From: an uncultured Nitrososphaerota archaeon
Lineage (GTDB): Archaea > Thermoproteota > EX4484-205 > JAAOZP01
Assembly (NCBI GenBank): GCA_964416155.1
Contig: CAYQCW010000013.1
Location: 1 to 46,159 of the forward strand
Reading direction: 5' to 3'
Length of the DNA stretch: 46,159 bases
Shown here: positions 9,920 to 20,023 of the stretch, piece after piece
How positions within the stretch are numbered: the first letter of the stretch is position 1
Layout: each line of letters begins with the position of its first letter
Notes under the pieces: generated by a model
The model's input: the letters and a program-made list of their open reading frames with translations, nothing else
Told to the model about the DNA's origin: nothing
Database searches by the model: none
Position numbers and translations under genes: made by a program

Positions 9920-12664
9920 TTACGCCCAACGCCATATTTTTCTTCCATAGAAGATCTCTGGAAGTATAAATAAGCCTGACAGCGAAGCCGCTATTGCAAC
10001 AGCCCATTCCAACGGATCGTCTAGCCAAACTGTTCCCAGAACGCCGAAGAACGGCACAAGTATGGTTGCTATTGCTGAAACTATAACTGATATTATCATG
10101 AACTTATTGTTGAAGTTTTCCCTACCCATTCTCCAGACGCTGCGTTTTTCTGACCTGCAATTCCAAACAACAAACAATTCTTGCAGTGTCGCCCGAACAA
10201 ATGCCATGGTTCTGGCTTGTGCCAGTTTTTCCTCCGTTAAAGGACCAGGTAACAAGTAGTATTGCCAATAAAATAAGCCTCCCGTTAGAACGAATTGCAG
10301 AATGAAAGTAGCTATTATTGAAGCAATCCTCCCATGCAACACTCCCTCCTTCGGGTTGCGCGGCGGTCTTTTCATGATGTCTTTTTCCGGAGGATCCATG
10401 GTTAACGCGAGTGCAGGTCCTCCATCGGTGACGAGGTTTAACCAGAGAATCATGCCGGCGGTTAACGGAAGCTCTAGGCCTAACAATGCGAAGGTTCCGA
10501 TTAAGGCTAATTCATCAAAGTTGCATCTTAAGAGGAAGAACGAGAACTTGCGGATATTGTCATAGATCGTTCTGCCTCCTTCCACGGCGTTTACGATGGT
10601 TGCAAAGTTATCGTCTGCTAAAACAATGTCAGATGCTTCTCTCGTGACATCTGTGCCGGTTATGCCCATTGCTACGCCGATATCTGCTTGCTTAAGTGCC
10701 GGTGCATCGTTAACACCGTCGCCAGTCATTGCCACTATGTGACCTCTCTTTTTCAAGGCTTTGACGATTCTCAGCTTATGCTCTGGAGAAACTCGTGCAT
10801 ATACCGAAACATTTTCCACTGTTTTTTCAAACTCCTCGTCACTCATAGTATTAAGTTCAGCACCTGTAAGAACCATATCGCTTTTCAGCATTCCAAGCTC
10901 CTTGGCTACTGCAACAGCAGTCAACTTATGATCACCTGTTATCATAACAGTTTTTATTCCCGCCTCATCGCATTTTTTAACCGCTATCTTTGCCTCTTCT
11001 CTCGGCGGATCAATCATACCAATTAAACCGATGAACGTAAGCCCAGACTCCAAGTCATCATCAAGCCTTTCGGTTGAGAGGGAAGTAAATTCTTTAAATG
11101 CCACACCCAAAACGCGAAGGGCATCGCTTGCCATTTTCTCGTTTATTTCAAGAATCTCCCTTCTTTTATTTTCAGTTAGTTTTCCAATTTTTCCTTCATT
11201 TATTGTATGCGTACAACGTTCAAGAACCACTTCCGGCGCTCCCTTTACATAAGCGAACAGCTTACCCTCAGATGAATTATGGACTGTTGTCATACGTTTT
11301 CTTTCAGAAGTGAAGGGCATTTCACGTATTCTCGGGTATTCTTTCTCTAAATTTTTCTTGACCACTCCAGCCTTAGCTGCCGCAACAATCAAGGCGCCTT
11401 CGGTTGTGTCTCCAATAATGTTTTTCCCATCGTATTGAGCGTTTGTACATAGGGTTGATGCTTTAAGAAGCAAATGTAAATCATCGTTTTCCTTTAGGTT
11501 TAAAGGCTTTCCATCAAAAAGAAACTCCCCTTTAGCCTCGTATCCAACGCCGGTTACATCTAAAATTTTGTTGCTCACGTAGATTTTTCGCACGGTCATT
11601 TCACCCTTGGTTAACGTTCCTGTTTTATCAGAACAAATAACTGTGGTTGCACCCAAGGTTTCAGCTGAAGCCAATCTTCTCAGAATAGCGTTTCTTTTAG
11701 CCAATTCTCTTGCACCCAAAGCCAAAGAAACAGTTACAACCGCAGGTAACCCTTCTGGAACGGCGGAAACGGACAATGCGACTGCAGTCATAAACATGTC
11801 CACAATATTTTCCGGATGATGCCCCTCACGGATGATTTCAAGAATGAAGACAATTACACATACAACTACAATTATCATCCCAAGTTTTTTCGCAAATTTC
11901 TCAAGCTTTTGCTTTAGAGGTGTTTCCTCTTCCTCCACGGATTGCACCATCTCAGCAATTTTACCAAACTCGGTTTGCATTCCCGTAGCTACAACGACGG
12001 CTTTCCCTCTACCGTAAGTTGTGTAAGTCCCCATGAAAACCATGTTTCTTCTGTCAGAAATGGGTGTTTTTTCATCAACAGGTTTAACGGATTTATTTAC
12101 GGGCGTGGATTCACCAGTTAAAGCAGCCTCCTCAGTTTTCAATTCAACGGTTTCCAGTAGGCGAGCATCAGCAGGTATCCTGTCTCCTGCTTCAAGAAGA
12201 ATTATGTCGCCCGTTACTACCTCTCTTGCAGGGATGATCATTTCCCTCCCATCGCGTAAAACTCTGGCGCGTGGTGCTGCAAGCTTTTTCATCGCTTCTA
12301 TCGCTTTCTCTGAACGATATTCTTGAACAAACCCTATGACAGCGTTTAACGCCACTATGGCTCCAATAGTTATAGCATCCATATACTCGTCGAGAGAGCC
12401 ACCGTTGTGTCCCTCGATCACCGTGCTTTTATACCAGCCTATAATGACTGAGAGTAGAATTGCAATTAGGAGCATAATTACAAAAACATCCTTAAACTGG
12501 CTCAAAAATATCTGAAGAGGACTTACCCTCTTCCTCTCAACCAGCTCGTTATACCCGTGCTTTTTAAGCCTTTCAACAGCCTCCTGTGTAGATAAGCCTT
12601 CATGACCTACATCTAACTCCTTTAAAACCTCATCAACACTCGCAGCGTGCCAAGGCTTAGACAT
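9920..12664 (-). CDS. P-type IIA cation (Ca2+-type) transporting ATPase, second paralog
   Basis: [34 protein letters not shown]. Confidence 0.95.
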   Translation of the reverse strand: MSKPWHAASVDEVLKELDVGHEGLSTQEAVERLKKHGYNELVERKRVSPLQIFLSQFKDVFVIMLLIAILLSVIIGWYKSTVIEGHNGGSLDEYMDAITIGAIVALNAVIGFVQEYRSEKAIEAMKKLAAPRARVLRDGREMIIPAREVVTGDIILLEAGDRIPADARLLETVELKTEEAALTGESTPVNKSVKPVDEKTPISDRRNMVFMGTYTTYGRGKAVVVATGMQTEFGKIAEMVQSVEEEETPLKQKLEKFAKKLGMIIVVVCVIVFILEIIREGHHPENIVDMFMTAVALSVSAVPEGLPAVVTVSLALGARELAKRNAILRRLASAETLGATTVICSDKTGTLTKGEMTVRKIYVSNKILDVTGVGYEAKGEFLFDGKPLNLKENDDLHLLLKASTLCTNAQYDGKNIIGDTTEGALIVAAAKAGVVKKNLEKEYPRIREMPFTSERKRMTTVHNSSEGKLFAYVKGAPEVVLERCTHTINEGKIGKLTENKRREILEINEKMASDALRVLGVAFKEFTSLSTERLDDDLESGLTFIGLIGMIDPPREEAKIAVKKCDEAGIKTVMITGDHKLTAVAVAKELGMLKSDMVLTGAELNTMSDEEFEKTVENVSVYARVSPEHKLRIVKALKKRGHIVAMTGDGVNDAPALKQADIGVAMGITGTDVTREASDIVLADDNFATIVNAVEGGRTIYDNIRKFSFFLLRCNFDELALIGTFALLGLELPLTAGMILWLNLVTDGGPALALTMDPPEKDIMKRPPRNPKEGVLHGRIASIIATFILQFVLTGGLFYWQYYLLPGPLTEEKLAQARTMAFVRATLQELFVVWNCRSEKRSVWRMGRENFNNKFMIISVIVSAIATILVPFFGVLGTVWLDDPLEWAVAIAASLSGLFILPEIFYGRKIWRWA

Positions 12665-12751
12665 TCTAATCCCCTCTGGTTTCTAGCGGCACGTGTAAAA
12701 ACATGCTTATAAGATTAACTATTCTCGGGCACATCATCGTATAAAAAAGGT

Positions 12752-14803
12752 TCATGGTATTAAGAGGAGTATTAGTGGAGCGAATACCTCTGCCACCAAA
12801 GACATTACTGTGATCATCGTGTTTAAAGAAGGGCCAGCTGTATCCTTGAACGGGTCTCCAACAGTGTCACCTGTGACAGCAGCCTTATGGGCCTCCGAGC
12901 CCTTCCCACCATGTGCCCCAGACTCTATGTATTTCTTAGCATTATCCCAGAGCCCACCGGAGTTCGCCATGAAGAGTGCGAAGATTATTCCCGTAACGAT
13001 ACTCCCAGCAAGGAAGCCGGCGAGTGCCTCCTTGCCTAGGAACACCATGGTTAAAACCGGGACAGCTATTACTAAAGAGCACGGCAGCATCAGCTCTCTT
13101 ATCGCACCTCTTGTCGCAATATCCACACACCTAGCGTAATCCGGCTTCGCCTTCCCCTCCATCAGCCCAGGGATCTCTTTAAACTGGTGCCTAACCTCCT
13201 CAACCATTCGCTCAGCGTTCCTACCGACAGCAAGGATTAGGAGGGCTGAGAGCAGCGGCGGCATCATTCCGCCTAGGAAAACCCCGACGACAACCCCCGG
13301 CTTCATCAGGTCAAGCGTTTCAATATTAACCAAGTGAGCGTAGGCTGCGAAAAGCGCTAGAACAGTGAGTGCCGCCGCGCCTATGGCGAAGCCTTTCGTG
13401 ATGGCTTTCGTAGTGTTTCCGGCAGCGTCAAGCCTGTCTGCAATCTCAATAACCTCTTCGCCCAAGCCGGATTGCTCAGCAATACCCTTCGCGTTGTCTG
13501 AAACAGGCCCGTAAGCGTCAGCCGCAATAGTCATGCCTACTGTCGCAAGCATTCCAACGGCTGATATCGCGATACCGTAGAACGGGCTTACGCCGAAAGC
13601 CTCGGCCAGATACCAGGCTGCTAGAGTAGCGGCACAGACGCCGATTACAGGAGGAACTATGCTGATTATACCGTAGGAGAAGCCTGTAAGAATGTTTATA
13701 GCGGCCCCGGTTGTCGAGGCCTGAGCCACCTTCTGCGCAGGCATTCTGTCTATGGAGGTAAAGTAGTCCGAAGTGATTCCGATGATCACCCCGGCTGTTA
13801 AACCTGCGGCCGTCGGCAGAAAGACCCCGAGCCACCTGCTACCCTCCAGTCCTGAGAAATACGTCACAGCCAGGAGGAAAACTGCGAAGACTAGCCATGT
13901 GGCGAATGAGCCCCTGTTGAGAGCTGCACCCGGGTTCCCCCTTATGCTCTGCCTGACTATGAAGACACCTATTAGCGAGGCGAAAAGCCCCGTGGCTGCT
14001 ATCAGGAGCGGCAGCGTAGTCAAAACGCTTTCATGCAGCTCCGAGCCGATTATCATCGCGGCAACGATGCTTGCTATGTATGAGTCCACTAGATCAGCAC
14101 CCATTCCCGCAACGTCCCCCACGTTGTCCCCAACATTATCAGCAATAACCGCCGGGTTCCTGGGATCATCCTCAGGGATCCCGAGCTCAATCTTACCCAC
14201 GAGGTCTGCACTGATGTCAGCCGTCTTCGTATATATTCCTCCACCAGCCTTGGCGAAGAGCGCGAGAGCACTGGCTCCGAAGCTGAAGCCTAGCACGATG
14301 CTCGACGCATCCTCAGCGCTCCAGCCTAAGATAGTGTTGTAAAAGTAGAAGAGGAAGCTTATGCCTAGGAGAGCCAAGCCTACTACGAACAGCCCCATCA
14401 CCGCCCCGCCGTAGAAGGCTACTGGGAAAGCCTTCTTCAATCCTTGTCTAGCACCGTTGGCCGTTCTAACGTTAGCCTCAACGGCAGCCATCATCCCGAC
14501 GTAGGCTGCGACGGTCGTGCACAGTGAGCCGATAAGATACGATGCGGCTACGCTAATCCCGTAGTAAATGTTCGCTTGGGAAAAAGCGTAAAGCACGCCG
14601 AGAACAGTTGCCATCAAGAGGACGAAAACAGTCAGAGCTAAATTCTGCCTTTTAAGATAGGCTTTCGCACCCTCCTTTATAGCGTTCGCGATCTCCCTCA
14701 TCCTTTCAGTGCCGCTCTCCTCCTTAGCGACATACTTGTAGAGGTATCCAGCCAACCCGACGGCAGCCAGTCCAGCTATCGGCGTTACTTGGAACCACTC
14801 CAT
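12752..14803 (-). CDS. hppA: Membrane-bound ion-translocating pyrophosphatase, K+-independent signature
   Basis: [48 protein letters not shown]. Confidence 0.95.
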   Translation of the reverse strand: MEWFQVTPIAGLAAVGLAGYLYKYVAKEESGTERMREIANAIKEGAKAYLKRQNLALTVFVLLMATVLGVLYAFSQANIYYGISVAASYLIGSLCTTVAAYVGMMAAVEANVRTANGARQGLKKAFPVAFYGGAVMGLFVVGLALLGISFLFYFYNTILGWSAEDASSIVLGFSFGASALALFAKAGGGIYTKTADISADLVGKIELGIPEDDPRNPAVIADNVGDNVGDVAGMGADLVDSYIASIVAAMIIGSELHESVLTTLPLLIAATGLFASLIGVFIVRQSIRGNPGAALNRGSFATWLVFAVFLLAVTYFSGLEGSRWLGVFLPTAAGLTAGVIIGITSDYFTSIDRMPAQKVAQASTTGAAINILTGFSYGIISIVPPVIGVCAATLAAWYLAEAFGVSPFYGIAISAVGMLATVGMTIAADAYGPVSDNAKGIAEQSGLGEEVIEIADRLDAAGNTTKAITKGFAIGAAALTVLALFAAYAHLVNIETLDLMKPGVVVGVFLGGMMPPLLSALLILAVGRNAERMVEEVRHQFKEIPGLMEGKAKPDYARCVDIATRGAIRELMLPCSLVIAVPVLTMVFLGKEALAGFLAGSIVTGIIFALFMANSGGLWDNAKKYIESGAHGGKGSEAHKAAVTGDTVGDPFKDTAGPSLNTMITVMSLVAEVFAPLILLLIP

Positions 14804-15087
14804 TGCTTATCCCTCTGACCACTCCTTCACGCGGGCCGTGTGAGACAAAAAAACGCCATTTATAAATCTACTGCAACACTGGGAGAACAGTAAGCAACAC
14901 GCGTTGCCGTGGTTAATCTGTTAAAAATGGTGAAACATTCATGCATGCTTCGAAGAGGGGGACAACGTTAAATCTTTACGAGTGTTTTTAGCAAGAAGAA
15001 CACGGGAATAGGCTGAAATCTGAACATGACAACCCAGCCTCAGCAAGATTTAAAAACGACGGCAGGAAGTCTAACAGGCACTCCGCG

Positions 15088-16089
15088 TTGGATTCGACAA
15101 GGAAATACGCTATTGCAACCATCGGGAGCCACTCCGCACTCCAGATTCTTAAAGGGGGGAGGGACGAGGGCTTCAGGACGATAGCGATATGTAAAAAGCA
15201 GTACAGCTTCATATACCGTCATTTCGGAGTGTCCGACAGAATAATTGAAATCCCATCCTACAGCGAGTTCCATACAGCGGAGAATGCTCTTTTGAAGGAG
15301 AACGCGATCCTTATTCCCCACGCTTCCCTCGTAGCCTACATAGGCTTAGAGGCTGTTGAGAAGACCAGAGTACCATACTACGGCAACAGACGGATCCTGC
15401 AGTGGGAGAGCGACAGGAACCTTCAGAGGAAATGGCTTGAGAGGGCAGGGCTAAACCTGCCCGGGGTCTACGAGCACCCTGAAGAGATAGAAAGGCTTTG
15501 CATAGTTAAGTTCCAAGGGGCGAAGGGAGGCCAAGGGTACTTTCTGGCGAGGAGCAGCGAGGAGTTTTATAGGAAGATAGGCGGCTCAAAGGATTATTTT
15601 ATTCAAGAGTACGTGGTAGGCATCCCGGTTTATATTCACTATTTCTACTCCGTAATACGTGGAGAGCTTGAGCTTATGGGCTTCGACAAAAGATACGAGT
15701 CGAATGTTGACGCGATATCCAGGATACCTGCCGGCCTACAGCAGGACATTGAGGCAACCTACACTATCGTGGGGAATTTCCCGCTTTTCCTACGCGAGTC
15801 CCTACTGCCGGAGGTCTTTAAAATGGGGCAGAGCGTGGTTGAAGCCTCCAGGGAAGTCTGTGAGCCAGGCATATTCGGGCCTTTCTGCCTGGAGACTGTT
15901 GTCACACCTGACTTGAAATTCTATGTTTTCGAGGTCTCGGCAAGGATAGTTGCCGGGACAAACGTGTTTATGGATGGCTCTCCATACGCGTATTTGAAGC
16001 ACGGCGTGCCCATGACAACGGGTAGGAGGATAGCCGTTGAAATAAGGGAGGCTATTGAGCAGAATAGGCTTAAAGAAATATTAGGGTGA
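15088..16089 (+). CDS. purP: PurP-family ATP-grasp FAICAR synthetase
   Basis: IATIGSHSALQI, GAKGGQG, GPFCLE, FEVSARIVAGTN. Confidence 0.9.
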   Translation: MDSTRKYAIATIGSHSALQILKGGRDEGFRTIAICKKQYSFIYRHFGVSDRIIEIPSYSEFHTAENALLKENAILIPHASLVAYIGLEAVEKTRVPYYGNRRILQWESDRNLQRKWLERAGLNLPGVYEHPEEIERLCIVKFQGAKGGQGYFLARSSEEFYRKIGGSKDYFIQEYVVGIPVYIHYFYSVIRGELELMGFDKRYESNVDAISRIPAGLQQDIEATYTIVGNFPLFLRESLLPEVFKMGQSVVEASREVCEPGIFGPFCLETVVTPDLKFYVFEVSARIVAGTNVFMDGSPYAYLKHGVPMTTGRRIAVEIREAIEQNRLKEILG

Positions 16090-16108
16090 TCCTGGTTAAA
16101 CATTACTA

Positions 16109-17290
16109 GTGATCAGTATGACTGTTAGGTTAAATGAGGTTCGGAAAATTGTTTCAGAATACGATGCTGACAACATAACCATCGGCGTGTTAGGTTCGCA
16201 TTCAGCGGAGGAGGTCGGTGTCTCGGCGAAAACAATGGGTTTCAAGACGCTCGTCGTATGCCAGAAGAGTAGGGAGGAGCTATACGCCAAGTACAACAAG
16301 CATCTTTTCGACCACGTGCTAATGGTCGACAGGTTCTCAGACATGGTTAGTGAGGAGGTTCAGGAGGAAATGAGAAGCCTGAACACTATATTCATTCCGA
16401 ATAGGTCTTTCTCAGTCTACGTTGGCTACGACAATATCGAGAAGGTTTTCAGGATTCCGATATACGGCAACAGGATGATTCTGAGGGCTGAGGAGCGTGG
16501 CGAGGAGAGAAACCAGTATTGGCTTCTTGAGAAGGCGGGAATAAGAACACCCCGGATGTTCAGCAAGCCTGAGGAAATAGACAGGCTGGTGATAGTTAAG
16601 GTTCAGCAGAGGAAGAAGCCTCTTGAAAGAGCGTTCTTCTATGCCTCCTCGCCACAGGAGTACTACGAGAAGGCTGAGGAGCTTATCAGAAGGGGTGTGA
16701 TAAGCGAGGAGGGATTGAGAAAAGCTAGGATGGAGGAGTACGTGCTGGGACAGAAGTTTAACGCTAACTTTCAAGGATGGGCTTTGAAAGACGTTTTCGA
16801 CGACTTCGACCTGCTTGGATTCGACGACAGGAAGCAGACCAACCTGCACGGCATACTCGGGCTGCCGGCTAAAAACCAGTTGTCTCTAGACGTGCCCGTT
16901 AAGAACGAGGAGGTTGGCCACTACGGGTTGACGATGAGAGAGTCTTTAAAACCCCTTGTATACAGGGCTGCCGAAAAATTCAGGAGGATATGTGAAAGAG
17001 AGTATCCGCCGGGGATGACAGGGCTTTTCGCTCTTCAGGGTGCAATAGCCTATGATTCTGAAGACCCTGAGCAGAGAAGGCTGGAGTTCTATGTTTTCGA
17101 CGTCAGCCCAAGAATACCCGGGTGCCCATGCGTGGGGCCGACTTCCCCAGAGATGCGCCGGCTCACGTTGAAATACCTCAGCCCCCTAAGGATGCACGGT
17201 TTGGAGAGAATAGAGACTCCCATGGACCTGCCAATGCTCGAGATTAAACACGCTGCTGCGAACAATAGGCTTGAAGAGATAGTGACGTAG
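16109..17290 (+). CDS. PurP-like paralog (DUF1246/DUF1297 ATP-grasp)
   Basis: GVLGSHSA, FIPNRSF, GLFALQG, FDVSPRIPG; cotranscribed with purP. Confidence 0.87.
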   Translation: MISMTVRLNEVRKIVSEYDADNITIGVLGSHSAEEVGVSAKTMGFKTLVVCQKSREELYAKYNKHLFDHVLMVDRFSDMVSEEVQEEMRSLNTIFIPNRSFSVYVGYDNIEKVFRIPIYGNRMILRAEERGEERNQYWLLEKAGIRTPRMFSKPEEIDRLVIVKVQQRKKPLERAFFYASSPQEYYEKAEELIRRGVISEEGLRKARMEEYVLGQKFNANFQGWALKDVFDDFDLLGFDDRKQTNLHGILGLPAKNQLSLDVPVKNEEVGHYGLTMRESLKPLVYRAAEKFRRICEREYPPGMTGLFALQGAIAYDSEDPEQRRLEFYVFDVSPRIPGCPCVGPTSPEMRRLTLKYLSPLRMHGLERIETPMDLPMLEIKHAAANNRLEEIVT

Positions 17291-17394
17291 CGGAGTTATT
17301 CCAGATAATCATATCCAGTGACCATGGAGCACTAGCGTATGCAGCATTTCAAAACACAAAAAATAAATATTGCTTTAAAGATTGATTATTAGAT

Positions 17395-18882
17395 ATGAAG
17401 ATCTGCGTCGTATTTATAAGCAAGCCGGATTTTGAAGCAGGCCACCCGTATATCGGATTTGACAATGAGGAGTATAAAAGGACTGTTTTAGAGAGGCTTC
17501 GCGCAAGGTTCATGGACTTGGAGTTTGTTGATGAAGAGATAGTTACAAAGTATAACCCTGACCAGATGAAAAGGATTAAGGAGGATGTGAAAGAATGCGA
17601 TGGACTGTTGGTTTACATTATTGGACAATACGGTGACCCTGGAATCGTTGACGCCGGTGTTGAGCTTATTGAGCTTAACGTTTACACAGTGTTGGCTAAC
17701 CATCCTTATGGTGGCGACCCAGTTTTCCTGAAAATATGGGACATGGTGAAGAGTAAAGGATGCAGGGTCCTGCCAGTATCCTCACCGGATTTTGAGGACA
17801 TTGAAAAAGCGATAGACATGCTTAGAAGAATACTTTTGATGAAGGGCAGGAGGATTCTGGTCTACACTTTGGATGAGAAGACTAGTTTAAACCTAGAGGG
17901 CATAATGGAGCTTGTAGGCCCAGACCTTGAGAAACCATACGTTGAAAAAACGATTAAACAGATCATTAGCCGGGAGGCAGGATGGTCTATAGAAGAAACA
18001 TACATAGACTTGGTTGGCACGGATCAGGCGCACTCCTGGAGGAGAAACGAGAAGCTCTACTGTAAGAACCTACGAGAAGTTTTCGGCGTTGAAGTCGTGA
18101 GGTGGCATCCAGACGAAGTCTTAGAGTATTATCGCAAGGTGGACCCGGAGGAGGTGGGAAGAATCGTTGAAGAATGGAAAAAGAATGCTAAAAACATTCA
18201 TCCCGAGACTGCCGAGAAGGCTATTGAAAACGCTGCTAGACTCTACTTGGCCTCAAAGGAATTGATGAGGAAACACGGTGCTGACGCAATATCCTTTGAC
18301 TGTGGAACCCTTTTCCTAACAGGAAAGATGCCTGCATTCCCATGCTTCGCATTCTCTAGGCTGATGGACGAGGGCTACACCGGAATCTGCGAGGCCGATT
18401 TGGATTCTGGGATAAGCGCCCTCTTCGTCAGTCATCTTTTCGACAAGCCGAGCATAATGACTAACCACTCGCTTGACACCGTACATAACCGTGTTACTTA
18501 CATGCATTGCTTTGCCCCGACGAGAATGTTTGGAATAGGAAAGGGGCCGTTACCATATGAAATAGAAAGACATGGTGAATCGCATGGAATGGGGGCAGTG
18601 TCATTCGTAGAGTTTCCAGTAGGGGAAACGTTGACGACGATCAAGATAAGCATGTTGAAGAAGAAGATTGCAGTAAGAACTGGGAGAATCATCGGCATGG
18701 TTAAGGATGAAAAGGCGTGTAGAGTGAAGGTTCTGGTGGAATCCGATGCGAGGAAGATTTTGGAAAACTATGATTGGGACACTTTCGGCTTCCACAGAGT
18801 GAGTTTCCTAGGGGACCATAGGGACGAAGTAATCTCTGCAGCGAGACTAGCTGGTTTAGAAGTAAGTGAAGAAGACAGATGA
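17395..18882 (+). CDS. L-fucose/L-arabinose isomerase-like protein
   Basis: ARLYLA, DAISFDC, FPCFAFSRL, CEAD, HC, CRVKV and FHRVSFLGD pattern of the FucI/AraA C-terminal fold. Confidence 0.75.
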   Translation: MKICVVFISKPDFEAGHPYIGFDNEEYKRTVLERLRARFMDLEFVDEEIVTKYNPDQMKRIKEDVKECDGLLVYIIGQYGDPGIVDAGVELIELNVYTVLANHPYGGDPVFLKIWDMVKSKGCRVLPVSSPDFEDIEKAIDMLRRILLMKGRRILVYTLDEKTSLNLEGIMELVGPDLEKPYVEKTIKQIISREAGWSIEETYIDLVGTDQAHSWRRNEKLYCKNLREVFGVEVVRWHPDEVLEYYRKVDPEEVGRIVEEWKKNAKNIHPETAEKAIENAARLYLASKELMRKHGADAISFDCGTLFLTGKMPAFPCFAFSRLMDEGYTGICEADLDSGISALFVSHLFDKPSIMTNHSLDTVHNRVTYMHCFAPTRMFGIGKGPLPYEIERHGESHGMGAVSFVEFPVGETLTTIKISMLKKKIAVRTGRIIGMVKDEKACRVKVLVESDARKILENYDWDTFGFHRVSFLGDHRDEVISAARLAGLEVSEEDR

Positions 18883-19133
18883 AGGAGACCATTATCGGCA
18901 AGCCCTTTAAGTTAAGGATGAAAAGCGGGAAGATGCGGTGGAAGAGCCATTACAATCGGATGAGATGTTTTTCGGCGCCTGGTTAACCCCATGACCCCTT
19001 CCCACTCGTCGACTAATTTAAGCATTCGGTTGCCTCTTTGAATCAACAATGCCAAGGTGGAGGGGGATCTATGCCAAAAGATATATAGGACCAGAAAAAG
19101 GGAAGGAGGAGGCTAGGGGTTGAGCAGCCGGTT

Positions 19134-19538
19134 TTAATACTCTACTTTCCTCGGGAGCTTCTTCGCCTGCTTAACCCAGTCCGTGACCTGCTCCAGCGTC
19201 GGAGGTCTCCTTACGAGCTTCCTCTCCTTATTGGTCTCAAGGATCTTGGCGTGCAGGTTCGCAGGATCTCTTCTGGCGAGTTCAGCAACCGTGTCGACAC
19301 CAGCTTCCTCAAGCAGGTCAGAATATTCTTCCCCAATCCCCTTAATCCTGAAGAGGTCTGCAAGATTCACCCATTCAAGAATCAGCTTTTCCGTAATCCC
19401 GGTTTTCTCAGCAAGCATCTTCCTCGCATCCTTTGGCCCAGCGGCCTTAAGCAGGTCGTCCGTCGTTTTAATCCCAGCCTCAAGAAGCTTCTTCGCATAC
19501 TCGGGTCCAATCCCCTCGATCTTCTCTATCTTTTGCAT
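19134..19538 (-). CDS. DUF4332 helix-hairpin-helix protein
   Basis: IEGIGPEYAKKL; ADLFRIKGIGEEYSDLLEEAGVDTV. Confidence 0.88.
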   Translation of the reverse strand: MQKIEKIEGIGPEYAKKLLEAGIKTTDDLLKAAGPKDARKMLAEKTGITEKLILEWVNLADLFRIKGIGEEYSDLLEEAGVDTVAELARRDPANLHAKILETNKERKLVRRPPTLEQVTDWVKQAKKLPRKVEY

Positions 19539-19560
19539 AAAGAATACTATAGCTGGCTAT

Positions 19561-19791
19561 TTATAAATCTTTAATGCTATGGGCTTGACTGAAAAGTGTT
19601 TTGCGAAGCACTCGACGTGGTGACTGTATAACGATGCCGGCTTGGTCACTGGTGAGCAGCGCTCCCTCAACTTTCAATATCCCTATTACGCTCAGCCTTG
19701 CAAAAGAACTGATTTAAAAGTATGCTGCGGCGGATAAAACCAGAAGGATTATGAGGCTTAGCGCCATCATCCTTCTGCCAGACTTAAGCAT
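19561..19791 (-). pseudogene. Remnant of a membrane-anchored protein gene, N-terminus resembling SppA/S49 peptidase
   Basis: MLKSGRRMMALSLIILLVLSAAAYF*ISSFARLSVIGILKVEGALLTSDQ; in-frame TAA at 19716-19714, truncated after that. Confidence 0.4.
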
Positions 19792-20023
19792 TGAGAAAAC
19801 CCTGCAAGCGTAAACCCGGCATGTCCGCTTCTCTTCCGAAACCGGAGTGTCACGATTCTTAACGCTCATGAATGCTCAGCCTCCTACTTTATTTAAATAA
19901 TAAGTGGTAGGATAAAACTGTTTTCTAGAATAGATGAGCCGTCCTGCTTGAAGGTCAGATGCCCGGTAATCCAAACCTACTGCCCTAGGAAAACTTAATA
20001 GCCTGTTAAACATTTTTTACTCC

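Noticed and set aside
18879-18986. 35-aa ORF overlapping the isomerase stop codon (MKETIIGKPFKLRMKSG...)
   Set aside because: No recognisable motif; could be chance or a truncated remnant
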